Below are positions 1 through 12,767 of a stretch of 64,000 nt of DNA, piece by piece (the first letter of the stretch is position 1; each line of letters starts with the position of its first letter). The notes under the pieces are model-generated. The model saw only the letters and a list, made by a program, of their open reading frames with translations, was not told the origin of the DNA and ran no database searches. The stretch is from Malacoraja senta (Eukaryota): assembly GCA_038087875.1 (NCBI GenBank), contig CM075989.1, positions 13,952,001-14,016,000 of the forward strand, written 5' to 3'. The position numbers and the translations under genes were made by a program.

Positions 1-319
1 GGAATGTTATTACAGTATTGAAATACATTTCTTTTGGATTTAAATGTACCTGATAACAGATTGCCTTAAGACATTAGGAATACATATTTAGAACTCTACA
101 TCAGTCTGCTTAGCCTAGTCAATGCTCGTTGTTCAAGACTCCAGGGCTTACATCAGCTAATGCAAGCCAGGATAGAGATTAAAATCGCATTTTGCATGCA
201 CATAGCTGCAGCACACAAAGCTTTACACTTATTAGGTCCCAAACCAGGAATGATCAATCGAAGAAGCAACTAAACAAATTCAAACATTTAATGTGCATTA
301 GTGTACAAAACTCGAATAC

Positions 320-472
320 CTTAAAATATAACGAATTATTATTTTGTTCAGCTCCGGTCTTTCGCCCATTGGTAAACTGCAGTTTTTCAGGGGACTGTCT
401 GGCATTCCAATCACGATTCTTCTGTTGGCTTGGTGTTCTGTCTGGGTCTTGCATCCTCCCTCTGAAACAATC
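320..472 (-). CDS. SECISBP2L: SECISBP2L exon 8 (DCFRGRMQDPD...NNNSLYFK)
   Basis: Acceptor gtgtgcag| and donor AAG|GTATTC, 153 nt, phase 0->0. The ends resemble human VGFRCR...SESLYFE. The gene continues beyond position 1. Confidence 0.8.
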
Positions 473-1991
473 CTGCACACCAAAACTGATCAGTTTATAA
501 ACACCCCAGATCTTCCAAAATGTCATAATCAGTACAATTATTCAAGCCCAAAGATCCAGGAAAATCTCTTACATCATTCATTATTCATGTCAATCTTTCC
601 CGAGCACTTGCACTGCTCTGCAGTTAGCAACACCATTCATATAATAAACCTTCAAAGCTCATTCTATCCTGGTTTACCTGGACAATTTCTTGTATATTTA
701 TCGTGTTTTTGCATTTAATGTGCTTGCAAAGCTGCAGCAAGAATTTCATTGTTGTGGTCCCAGTGCATGTGGCAATTAAACACTCTCAACTCTTGTATGC
801 ATCTCAAAGTAAAAATTAGTTGTCTTGCAAAAGGAAACCAAGCGAGTGTGAAGAGCTTAATATTTTAATAGATAAATTATATCATTTCAACAAGTAACTA
901 TGAGATGAATATTTAGTTAACAATGCGAAACCCAAAACCAGATTTAAAAGCTTTCTCCAAGAAAGATAATTAAAAAAAAACATTTTTCATCCTGTTTCAA
1001 GTACTAAGTTTTAAACAGCAAGGAAAAATGCTGACAACAGAACATTGCTAGTTGGATCAAGGACATCGGCTATGCAGGCAGCATTTTCTATTAATATCCA
1101 ATATCCATCACAAATCCACACACTCTCTCTGCTTAATGACCTACTTGCAGTTCTACTCTCTGTAAGAAACCACTCATTTTCCCCCAGTTTCTATGGCCTC
1201 TTCATAACTATGCAGAGATTACTCCTACAATCCCAGTCTTTCCACAATGTCTTTCTTTTCCTTTATAGCTTCCTGAGACCAGTTACACAATCCATACCCA
1301 CATAATTCCAAGTTTATTTTCTCCTTTCCTGCATTCTCCTTTCATCTTCTATTTATCTTTCTTGCAGATAGTTAGATATAATTAACAAAACTTCACCCTC
1401 AGCCAGCATCACTGCCATTTATCTCATTGAGAATCTCTTAAAGTCTGCACCTTGTCACCAACGTTTTCACCATAACCTCCCCTTTCGCTACAACTTTAAA
1501 CTTCTTAAATTTCAAACGTTTCCTATTTCTGATAAAAGGTCTTAGACCTGATAGAAGAGTGATTGAAGAAGAGCTCAACATCATGGCAGTCCCAATTTAA
1601 AACCATGTTTTAAACCTGAAATGTTAACTGCTTTCCCTGAGCAGATGCTGTCTGATCTGATGAGTCTTTCCAGCACTTTATAACAAAATGCTGGTCGGCT
1701 CAGTCTTTCCATTTACCACCAGATTTGTACTTGTGGAAGTATTCTTTTAATGCTTTTAATAAGAAAGATGAATAAATCAACACCCAACCTCAATTTACAT
1801 AAACAGAATAACACTTGAAATATTGTTTGTTGTTGTGATGGTGCTGGAGATCCAAGTTTGTTTACTACAACACTTAATGTTGGTACAGAAATGTACTTTG
1901 CAAATTAACTGGAAGGTGTACCATTTTCTGAAATCTTAATATAATTCAAACTTGGATGCAACAAATTCAAAATTTGCGTAAATTTATATAC

Positions 1992-2107
1992 CTGTGTGTT
2001 TCGTTGATCTACTAGTCTTCCACCTCTGTTGCAAGGAATCACCTGGAATCTATCCATCCCAAACCTCTGTGGTGCTTGGGAAGCTATATTCGCCCAACTA
2101 GGGGCTC
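1992..2107 (-). CDS. SECISBP2L: SECISBP2L exon 7 (GAPSWANIASQAPQR...RGGRLVDQRNTQ)
   Basis: Acceptor cttcatcag| and donor CAG|GTATAT, 116 nt, phase 1->0. Resembles human GVNWSNVTCQATQK...RGGRQTEQRN. Confidence 0.88.
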
Positions 2108-2829
2108 CTGATGAAGTGATCATTCCATTTTTATTAATAACTATGGTAATATTTCACTTTAAAAGGACAAAATATATAGTTAAAGCATACTAACATAAAT
2201 CATCGTTAAATGATATGTACAGGCATGCTCAGAGAAAGTAATTGTAGGTTATAACTTTAAGGATCTAACAATTTTACACGACTATAAAGCCGGAAACTTT
2301 GGCTTCAACAATAAATGTAATTTCCAAAATCTGAACACTTATCTAACTGGGCTAAATATTCCTTTACCCAAGAAAACACATAAATCATATAATGCATATT
2401 CCATTCATGTTGCAGAAATTAATGCTCAACAGCCAACATGCCCAAATAATGTGGAGCAGTAATTAGAAGCCAAGAGGCATTTAAAGCAATTTGTGCAAGG
2501 AGGCAGGTTCACTATCACCTTCTCAGAGTAGTTGTAAATAAACAATAAATACAAACATGCCACAAACCACAAAAACATTTTTTTTTTAAACCTTAGCAAG
2601 TAACGCTCAGTCCAAACTACATCCCATGTCTAGTTCGGATCCCATATTCAGATTATTGATCAGGTTTACAAAAACAAATTTCTGATTGTGTCAAAATTAG
2701 GAGATAAATAGGTAGGTAAAATTATAACGTTGAAACATTTGGACAGGTACAAGGACTGAGGGGAGGGGGGGGTCAGGTCCTCAAGGGATATGAAGGCAAA
2801 TAGGATTAGTTCAAATTAACATTTAGATA

Positions 2830-4444
2830 CAGTGGCTTGCAAAAGTTTTCATACCCCTTGAACTTTTCCACATTTTGTCACGTTACACCACAAACGTAAA
2901 TGTATTTTATTGGGATTTTATGTGATAGACCAACACAAAGTGGTGCATAATTGTGAAGTGGAAGGAAAATGATACATGGTTTTCAATTTTTTTTACAAAT
3001 AAAAAACTGAAAAATGTCGCGTGCAAACGTATTCAGCCCCCCTGAGTCAATACTTTGTAGAACCACCTTTCGCTGCAATTACAGCTGCAAGTCTTTTGGG
3101 GTATGTCTCTACCAGCTTTGCACATCTAGAGACTGAAATTTTTGCCCATTCTTCTTTGCAAAATAGCTCAAGCTCAGTTAGATTGGATGGAGAGTGTCTG
3201 TGAACAGCAATTTTCAAGTCTTGCCAGAGATTCTCAATTGGATTTAGGTCTGGACTTTGACTGGGCCATTCTAACACATGAATATGCTTTGATCTAAACC
3301 ATTCCATTGTAGCTCTGGCTGTATGTTTAGGGTCGTTGTCCTGCTGGAAGGTGAACCTCTGCCCCAGTCTCAAGTCTTTTGCAGACTCTAACAGGTTTTC
3401 TTCCAAGATTGCCCTGTATTTGGCTCCATCCATCTTCCCATCAACTCTGACCAGCTTCCCTGTCCCTGCTGAAGAAAAGCATCCCCACAGCATGATGCTG
3501 CCACCACCATGTTTCACAGTGGGCATGGTGTGTGCAGGGTGATGTGCAGTGTTAGGTTTCCGCCACACATAGCGTTTTGCATTTAGGCCAAAAACTTCAA
3601 TTTTGGTCTTATCTGACCAAAGCACCTTCCTCCACATGTTTGCTGTGTCCCCCACATGGCTTGTGGCAAACTGCAAACGGGACTTCTTATGGCTTTTTTT
3701 CAACAATGGCTTTCTTCTTGCCACTCTTCCATAAAGGCCCGATTTGTGGAGTGCACGACTAATAGTTGTCCTGTGGACAGATTCTCCCACCCGAACTGTG
3801 GATCTCTGCAGCTCCTCCAGAGTTACCATGGGCCTCTTGGCTGCTTCTCTGATTAATGCTCTCCTTGCCCGGCCTGTCAGTTTAGGTGGACGGCCATGTC
3901 TTGGTAGGTTTGCAGTTGTGCCATACTCTTTCCATTTTCGGATGATGGATTGAACTGTGCTCCGTGAGATGTTCAAAGCTTGGGATATTTTTTTATAACC
4001 TAACCCTGCTTTAAACTTCTCCACAACTTTATCCCTGGCCTGTCTGGTGTGTTCCTTGGGCTTCATGATGCTGTTTGTTCACTAATGTTCTCTAACAAAC
4101 CTGAGGCCTTCACAGAACAGCTGTATTTATACTGAGATTAGATTACACACAAGTGGACTCTATTTACTAATTAGGTGACTTCTGAAGGCAATTGGTTGCA
4201 CTGGATTTTATTTAGGGGTATCAGAGTAAAGGGGGCTGAATACTTTTGCACGCCACACTTTTCAGTTTTTTTATTAGTAAAAAAATTTGAAAACCATGTA
4301 TCATTTTCCTTCCACTTCACAATTATGGGCCACTTTGTGTTGGTCTATCACATAAAATCCCAATAAAATACATTTACGTTTGTGGTTGTAACGTGACAAA
4401 ATGTAGAAAAGTTCAAGGGGTATGAATACTTTTGCAAGCCACTG
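2830..4444 (-). mobile_element. Full-length Tc1/mariner IR/DR-type transposon (Passport-like)
   Basis: TA target duplication at 2828-2829 and 4445-4446. TIRs of ~212-214 bp (2830-3041, 4231-4444) start CAGTGGCTTGCAAAAGT, each with an inner repeat of the terminal motif. Encloses one transposase ORF. Confidence 0.97.
3047..4066 (-). CDS. Tc1 transposase, uninterrupted 339 aa, DD34E
   Basis: Paired-like HTH N-terminus, GRPPK linker, WSD, FQQDNDPKH and SPDLNPIENLW. 34 residues counted between the second D and the E. Confidence 0.95.
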   Translation of the reverse strand: MKPKEHTRQARDKVVEKFKAGLGYKKISQALNISRSTVQSIIRKWKEYGTTANLPRHGRPPKLTGRARRALIREAAKRPMVTLEELQRSTVRVGESVHRTTISRALHKSGLYGRVARRKPLLKKSHKKSRLQFATSHVGDTANMWRKVLWSDKTKIEVFGLNAKRYVWRKPNTAHHPAHTMPTVKHGGGSIMLWGCFSSAGTGKLVRVDGKMDGAKYRAILEENLLESAKDLRLGQRFTFQQDNDPKHTARATMEWFRSKHIHVLEWPSQSPDLNPIENLWQDLKIAVHRHSPSNLTELELFCKEEWAKISVSRCAKLVETYPKRLAAVIAAKGGSTKY

Positions 4445-4876
4445 TATCATGGATAAATTGGGCTGAAGGGCCCATTTCCCTGCTGTATACCTCAAACTAA
4501 TAAACAACAAAATGCCAACGTAATCAAGTTGCCAGCTAGGAGATGGGTGCCTCAATTGATGTGGACTGATTTTAACTTGAGCAAAACCTGTGCTTTACAT
4601 AGCATCAAAAGTGTATATATTACCACAGCACATTTGGACAGAGAGCCAATGCAAATATTTATACTAAACAAACACTTCCACTCCTTTGTATAATCAGACC
4701 TGCCTCCATACACAATGTTTGATTCTTCCTCACAGAAGTATCAATCATCCTCTGAAATGTATTATGCTTTGTGCTTCAACTACTCAGAAGTAATCATTCC
4801 AAACTCTCAACGACTGCCATGCTCATCACCATGCAAACGGTAGACATAAGTATCTATTGCAATCATTGGTAATTAC

Positions 4877-4901
4877 CTGTGATGCCTGCTGAATCCTCTG
4901 C
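4877..4901 (-). CDS. SECISBP2L: SECISBP2L exon 6, 25-nt microexon (AEDSAGIT+G)
   Basis: Strong acceptor tttttgtttttaatttcag| and donor CAG|GTAATT. Phase 0->1 is exactly what is needed to join exon 5 (ends phase 0) to exon 7 (starts phase 1). Confidence 0.85.
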
Positions 4902-5798
4902 CTGAAATTAAAAACAAAAACATTAATTTAACAAAACTCTGCACATCTAAATACATTCTTTCCTAATGGAATATTGTGCATGTTCAAGTTGACAAAAGGA
5001 ACACAATATCCATTTCAGGACCAAATAAATGAAATTCTACTACCTGCTCTTTATCAATTTTATTTAAACATTTACAGACAAATCTCGTGAATGGAGAGAA
5101 ATAAACAAAAAACTAGTTTTGAATGACTGCATGAAAGTGTTAACATTTGAAACATTAGTTAACGTATCATAAAAATGTTTGAACTGAAAGTTTGGATGAA
5201 TGCATCAAATAGTTTTGTAGTGGATTTAAGATTAGAATTTTTTGTGTGAGCAACTATTTTCAAACAGGCAATTTGTAAAATTGTTAGAAAAGAAAAACAT
5301 TTGTAATACTGGAAATCAAAATTAAAAAGTGCTGGAAATATTCAGATCCTGTAGTATTTAAAAGAGATGGAAATATTTAATGTGCTACAACTCAACCCAA
5401 GAAACAAATGTGAAAATCATCTTTGAAATATTGGACTGTAGAAACATTTAACAGACTTTTGCTTAGGTCAACATAAATGCATCTTTTAAATAAGTTACCT
5501 ATATAAAAGTGGTAAAAAAAACAAAAAAAACAGCTGCATTATTCCATTTAGCTATGGCAATTTGACAAAACTTCTGCTTCCGATTGCAATTTTCATCATC
5601 TCAAAGCAAGCATGCTTTGCTTTTGATTAATTACATTCTTGGAGGAAGGAGTTCCAACAGTTTCTGACTTTTCTCATCCACAGCAGCTGGTTGGCTGGTG
5701 GCTTCCACAAAAGCAACAGCCAAGGTACCAGCAATTCATGATTGTGTAATTCACAGTTCTTGGGATTCATTGCCATTCCTGAAATATATCCCCAGCCA

Positions 5799-7070
5799 TA
5801 TATTGCAGCCATCTTTAGCTTATGCTTGTTTTGGGGGCTAGTTCCCTTCAGTTTTCTCTTCAGCATATAAAAGTTATGCTCAATTGGGTTCAGACCGGGT
5901 GATTGTCTCAAGAATTGACCATTTTTTAAGCTTTGAAAAACTCCTTTGTTGCTTTCGCAGTATGTTTGGGATCATTGTCTTGCTGTAGAATGAGCCGCCG
6001 GCCAATGAGTTTTGAGGCATTTGTTTGAACTTAAGCAGATAGGATGTGTCTATACACTTCAGAATTCATTATGCTACTACCATCAGCAGTTGTATCATCA
6101 ATGATAAGTGAGCCAGTACCATCAGCAGCCATACATGCCCAGGTCATAACACCCCCACCACCGTGTTTCACAGATGAGGTGGTATGCTTTGGATTTTGGG
6201 CAGTTCCTTTTCTCCTCCATACTTTGCTCTTGCCATCACTCTGATACAAGTTAATCTTCGTCTCATCTGTCCACAGAATTTTTTCCAGAACTGTGGTTGC
6301 TCTTTTAAGTATTTCTTGGCAAACTGTAACCTGGCCATCCTATTTTTACGGCTAACCAGTGGTTTGCATCTCACAGTGTAGGCTCTGTATTTCTGTTCAT
6401 GAAGTCTTCTGCAGACAGTGGTCATTGATAAATCCACACCTGACTCCTGAAGAGTGTGTCTGATCTGTCGCACAGATGTGGGGGGATTTTTCTTTATTAT
6501 AGAGAGAATTCTTCTGTCATCAGCTGTGGAGGTCTTCCTTGGCCTTCCAGTCCCTTTGCAATTAGTAAGCTCACCGGTGCTCTTTCTTCTTAATGATGTC
6601 CCAAACATTTGATTTTGGTAAGCCTAAGGTTTGGCTGAGGTCTTTAACAGATTTATTCCTGTTTCTCAGTCTCATAATGGCTTCTTTGACTTTCATTGGC
6701 ACAACTTTGGTCCTCATGTTGATAAACAGCAATAATCAAAGGGTGATGGAAAGACTGGAGGAAAGACTAGGTGCTGAGAGCTCTCTTATACCTGCATTAA
6801 GGAGGCATTTAAACACACCTGAGCAATTACAAACACTTGTGAAGCCATGTGTCCCAAACATTTTGGTGCCCTGAAATGGGGGGGGATGTATAAACACTGC
6901 TGTAATTTCTACATGGTGAAACCAAAATGTATAAAAATACCCTTTAATAAAATCTGACAATGTGCACTTTAACCACATGTGATTTTTTCGATTACAAATC
7001 TCAAATTGTGGAGTACAGAGGCAAATAAATAAATGATGGGTCTTTGTCCCAAACATTATGGAGGGCCCTG
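5799..7070 (-). mobile_element. Decayed, 3'-truncated Tc1 element (different family)
   Basis: One terminus (CAGGGCCCTCCATAATGTTTGGGAC, next to TA at 7071-7072). Transposase starts at 6717 (MRTKVVPMKV) with GRPRKT, KHGGGGVM, QQDNDPKH and LNPIEH split by frameshifts and stops. No second TIR. Confidence 0.9.
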
Positions 7071-8337
7071 TATGTATGTCTTTCCTTTCACCAATTCACT
7101 CAAAAAAAGTGGATCTTTACTGTAAGCATCTTCGCTTGGAAGACCCATTTATTAAATTACAATTAAATCTGCCAATTTTGGGACGCCAATCCATCTTGGC
7201 TTTTTCAACTTGCTTAATTTTTCCTCTTAATAATTAATTTTAGACTGTCATAGTTTGTATTATTTTTTACAAAGATTCCAAACACAAATCTTCTCTTCAT
7301 GTTCTTGCACTTGTAGGTCGAGAGTCTTTTATTTGCTATCTCCCACTTCTCATCAAAGTACAACTCTTTGTAACATTATCAAAATGTACTGCATCAGCTT
7401 TAATAAATACAATGAACGCAAATCGACTCCACCTAATCATCCTCCCTCTTGTCCTGTCCCTGTTTGGCTGATATCCAGTGCTGGACAAGCAGAAATCTCT
7501 TCAAATTCTCTTGGGACAAACAAAGCCCCTGTACTCGATATACACAAAAACTTATTTTCCTCTAACTACGTTGTGTAAAGTTGAAGTAATCCAGATTTTG
7601 TGTTCCTATTTACCCATCCCATTCACCCAACACCCCTTATCATCTCCTGCTTACGCTGACAACCAACCAAGCAATATTAATATTTATATCCTTATTTTCA
7701 AATCCCCCGATTGGAACACCCCACCTCATCTCTAATCTTCAGCTCTACAAATGTTTGATATATCTGAATTTATTTTGTATTCCTGATGTTCTGTGATTCA
7801 TCTTCAGGTTCCAATTATTAAACATCTAGAAATCATGCCTCATCCACTCTCATTCCTACGCTAAGATGTACCTTTATATCTCCATATCAAATTGATCCAT
7901 GTCAAATTTTGATCGACAATGCTTTCATGAAACACTTAGTCATTATTAAGACATATTAACAATATCAAATACAGCTCAATATATTGCATCTATTCCACAA
8001 ATATAAACCAAATTCAATTATATAACAAATGTTTCCAGTTGATCATTTTCCCTTAGCCTTTACTCTTTCCTCGGAAACCTTCAATATTTAAAAAAAAAGT
8101 TTATTGGACACAAATGCTTTACTTCCCTTAAGCATCTTTTCTTCCCTTAAGCATTTTATTGTAAATTCACAGTAAGAAAGGTAAACACTGATACAAAAGT
8201 CTTAAAGGTATAGCATAATGGAAATTGCCCAAATGATTTGATCGATTAAGACCGCGATTCAAAACTATTATCAGCGTCTTCTGTTCTAACACATTGTTAA
8301 TCAAAATAAACTTGTATTGCAATGTAAATTGACATAC

Positions 8338-8567
8338 TTTAACATTGCTGCATTCTGTACTCTGAGCAGTAGTTGACGTGATCTGATTGTGACTGTGCTT
8401 GGGACTGCAATAGCCGCTATCACTGTCAATGTCGGCTTCACTGGCTCCTTGCTCACTAGAAGACTCAGCAGCAGGGTGAGATGCTCTTCTTCGCCTGACT
8501 TTTGATTTCCAAAGCATGGGACTGGCCCTCTCCGAGAGAGATTTATTAGCTACATCTCCAGGAAAAT
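8338..8567 (-). CDS. SECISBP2L: SECISBP2L exon 5 (DFPGDVANKSLSE...RRRRASHP...ESSSEQGASEADIDSDSGYCSPKH)
   Basis: Acceptor tttaaag| and donor AAA|GTATGT, 230 nt, phase 1->0. Highly conserved SECISBP2L block that includes a DSGYxS motif. Confidence 0.96.
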
Positions 8568-9519
8568 CTTTAAATAACAGAATATAAATATTGCATGAAT
8601 AATTGTAAATAATGAAAGTACAAATTATCACAGCTATCAAATGCTACAAATTTCAGCACCATTTAGTCGACACACAAAACTAGACGGGAAAGATGAATGC
8701 ATATTTATCTTAATTCAGCATTGATAATTCAATCTGTTCTGCTGAGGCTTCCACAATAAATCTATAAGTACTTCCCCGAAGAACTTCTTGGGCATTTACC
8801 AGAAAAACTGCAAACACTACTTCACTCATTTAATGGTAAAACAAAACAGAAACAATTTGGTATAAGGGTAACCAAATGAATATATGTCATAGTAACTGAA
8901 GATCAAAATGTTGACTTTACTAAATTATATTACTGCCAGAACATGCCAGATGTAAATACATGAACAAGACTGGTATGTTCTGGTGATCGGCTTAGTAATG
9001 TCATTTATAATAAGTGGTAAACAAAATACAATTCAAATATCATACTTGACAGCTAAATATTGTTCCCTGGTTAAATAAAGGCAACAGTGTTTGGGGCACC
9101 ATTTTTATTCAACATTACATCAGACTCTAAATAGTTGGAAGCAGTGATGGAAGTTGCTAATCTGCACCCCAATTCCAACCACTTTCTGTATCGAACTTCA
9201 TGGCATGGGGATTCTTAACGTCAAAATCCAATTCATGTTGCTCTACAAAGATCTTGAAAGAACATTTAATTGTCAACAGTATAGTTGTTTAAGACTATAA
9301 CAAGAATCACAATGCAACAATTGATTTTCTTAAAAATGTTAATAAAGTCAAAATAAATTATCAGAAACAAAGCAATTGGAACTTCATAATAAAACTTAAT
9401 CTTTGTTTCCAATACTGAAGTATAAGACAAGCATAATTGAAGGAAATATCATTTTGCTCAGCTTGTATTCTAGGAAAAGTTTGTTTTCAAATTAAGCTTT
9501 CAATAATAATTTTTATTAC

Positions 9520-9637
9520 CTGTCTGCTGGCTGGCATCAACGAGCAAAACAATTTTTGATCTATTTTCAGGACCTGAGGCACTGCTCTCCTTCTGAACAG
9601 CCACACTTCTAACCAGAGGTTTGCTGGTTCTCAAAGT
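9520..9637 (-). CDS. SECISBP2L: SECISBP2L exon 4 (TLRTSKPLVRSVAVQKES...RSKIVLLVDASQQT)
   Basis: Acceptor tgtgtctgcag| and donor G|GTAATA, 118 nt, phase 0->1. RSKIVLLVDASQQT matches the SECISBP2L motif. Confidence 0.93.
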
Positions 9638-10389
9638 CTGCAGACACAAGAATGGGAATTACTGTTCAAGTGTAGTAGTCATACAGAATGAAAACAGGCC
9701 CTTTAACCCAAGCTGTCTCCACCGGCCAAGTTGCCCACCTGAACTAGTGCTATTGTCCTGCATTTGGCCCGTATCAGTCAATGCAGAAAAGCATGTCAAA
9801 AGACCTCTTTCACCACACAGTGTATCTGATTCACCACTTTCTGGAAACCATGCACAGTAAATGGTAGATATCTCGAAAGAATTGCAGAACAGAGAGCTCT
9901 GGGAGTGCAGGTGCATCTCTTGCCCTGGTTTGACACACCAAAGTGCAATATCTCACACTTAGAGTCAAATTCCATCTAGCTTTCCTTGGCCCACATTCTC
10001 AAATGATCTATCCCGTTGTTAACTTCTTCACTGTCCACTACACCACCCTCCCAGAAATGTATCCACATGGCTCACGATGATACAAATATCTCTGCTAGCT
10101 GAAATGATGTTCTTTCTGATGTGGTGAAAAAATAAAGATCTTTGTCTTGAAGTTCATTGGAGTTGATGTAAATTGTAATGTTATTGTCAGATCTGACTAT
10201 TGTTGTCGAATAAAAATTTAAATATATAGTTACTTTTGTTGAAGTTAAACCTTTCTTGTTAAACAAATTGTTGTTTTTCAATATGATGTTATTTTTAAGC
10301 TGACGTTAAATAAACAATTTATTTCTTAAAATGTTATTGGTCCTTAGATTGATTGTTGATAAGTTTATTTCCAATGTGATTATTATACT

Positions 10390-10533
10390 TCAGTGTCACC
10401 TTCGTGTTGTGAAGGCGGGTGTCGCAGCATGTCGTAGATTGACGTACAACTTGACGGTTTTTAGGGCGACTACGGGCGTCAGTCATTGATGCTCGCAGTC
10501 GGCGAAAAAAAATCGCAAAGTGGGACAGGCCCT
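10390..10533. mobile_element. One end of a PIF/Harbinger-type element
   Basis: CpG-rich stretch ending AAAGTGGGACAGGCCCT then TGA, the same terminus as the MITEs at 19548 and 38182. No matching left TIR found. Confidence 0.65.
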
Positions 10534-12767
10534 TGACTCTTACCACCAAGCCAATTGTAATACACTAGCTAACCCATCCTGGATCTCATGGCATCTAAAC
10601 TTCCAAGTGGGATCTGGTCAAAATCATTGCTAAAGCCCCTGTAGATAATGTCTACTTTCCTATCCTTGTCAATCCAGTGATTTGCATTTTGCCAATAGAA
10701 AGACCAAAATCCCGTGATTTGCATTTTGCCAATAGAATTGGTTTCCCATTAACAACTTTATCATTGAAGTATCAGAATTACACAGATTAAGAAGAAGCTA
10801 GGCAGAATCCCAAATTTATCCACAGGAAGAAGGCTCAACTGGATTTGAAGTACAGAGTTATAAGTGTTACCAATAAACTAAATTAACGAAGGGCAAAATT
10901 GGCCTCATGCTTAAACCATGCTTACTATCTGACCATTTTAATCCTAACTGTAGTTATATGGAACATATAAGATACATTCAAAAATGGCCATGAATCTTCA
11001 TTAGTTGGTTATAGTTGTCAGAGTCATACACTTAAAGAGGATATGGGCGAGCACTACACCATGTTTTAGGAAATGAACAATATCCTCAGAAAGGACAAAA
11101 TAGTGAGGAAACATTTTGAACCATGCATTAATATCATCATTAGAATCTGTCATTTTAGCATGTTACAAATGGAAGGAAAGTGATTATTAGTAATCTTTAA
11201 TATCATATCCATCACATTCTATGATCTATTTCAAAAAACTCTGAATGTCAGTGCTCTGTTCTCAAGAAAGGGCGATGGAGATGTTACAACAAGCTTTCCT
11301 GCACAAAGGCTAAAATATTTAAAGTTTCAAGCACTGCCAGGCATACAAATGTCATGAGCAAAGTTAACATACTCAGACGGAAACCAAACTTCCTTGCAGA
11401 GATGCATTTTTGAGATAATTCCTTAATGATGGTCGACATTATTATTCATTCCTCATCATAGGAACAGAGGAATGTGTCAAACACAAGTTCAAGAAGTGTG
11501 CGTCTGGTTTTGACACCCACATAACACAAACTGGCTTTACCCCACGTAATGGTGGAAGCACAGCAGGCCAAGCAGTATCTGTGAGGAAAGAAAGAGCAAA
11601 TGCTCCAAATCAAGGATAATCATCAGAAATGGAAGAGGGCAAACAAAAAGCATGTTTTAAGATGTGGAGGAGGGTTGGGAACAGAGAGGATATCTGCGAG
11701 AGGGTGCAGACAGGGTATTGCCTGGGATGGAGTACTTCTGTTACAAGACAAGATTGGAGAAGCTAGGTCTGTTTTCCCTGGAGCAGAGAAGGTGAAGAGA
11801 GGGTATGACTGACGTGCATGCATAAACATATGTATGATATGGACCAGGTTTTCCCCTTATCTGATAAAGCTAGGGGACGTGAGATTTAGGGTAAGGGATA
11901 AGAGATTTTAAGGGGAATCCAATAGAGACCGAGAGTGGAGAGTAAATGCTGGAGAAGATGGTGGAAACAGAGCTGCTGACAGCATTTAACCAACGTCTTG
12001 AATGAACACCTGAATCACATTAGGTAGAAGGCCATGATCCAAATGCTGGAAATGGGATCAATACAGCAGACATTGTGGGTCAGTTTCCATCTGCGTGCCT
12101 CTGCAACACCATGCCAAAGTAAACAATTAAACCAATATCGACTGTGGAATCTCACTGCAGATGGCAGAAATTGTGGCGAACAATCCACTGAATTGGAAAG
12201 ATGGTAGGCTTTCTAGAGAAACTCCTTTGTTCTAGCTAGGAGAGGGGATGAGAGTAGAATTGAGGGAGATGGATGAGGTGTGAATGAGAACCCCATCAAC
12301 AATGATAGAGTGAAGGCCACAGTGAAGGAAAAAAAGACATAGTATTAGTGTTGGTCGAAAAATTCTTATTATAGCATATACAATAGAGATGGAGAAAGTA
12401 GGAGTTTGTAACCCTAACAGAAATGATTTGTGGTCGAGATAACTGTGGGAGTTGATGATCTTATGATGGTTATTGGTTGCTAACCTACTCCCCATAGTTG
12501 CTGCACCACCTGCAGCATGTTACCTGATTTTTTGAGGGGCTTTCTCGCATCTGCAGTTTTATCCCTCCAGTGCTGTATTACTTCAAATAGGCTGCCCAGC
12601 TATAAAGCTGCCAGCCGTAACAAACTGCTCAACTCACTGTGCTATATCAAGTTTTTCAACAAATTGATACATGTGTTTCAGAATAAAAGCAAAGACTAAT
12701 TTTTAAATGGAGCCATGCAAGAGGCGATCAATAAATATTAAAAGACAAAAAGGCAGCAAATCCCTAC

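Noticed and set aside
4066..4130. Possible SECISBP2L-transposase fusion by splicing into the intact Tc1 ORF
   Set aside because: The AG sites I checked just upstream of the transposase ATG are out of frame or hit stops when joined to exon 5 (phase 0) or exon 6 (phase 1), and they lack a pyrimidine tract.
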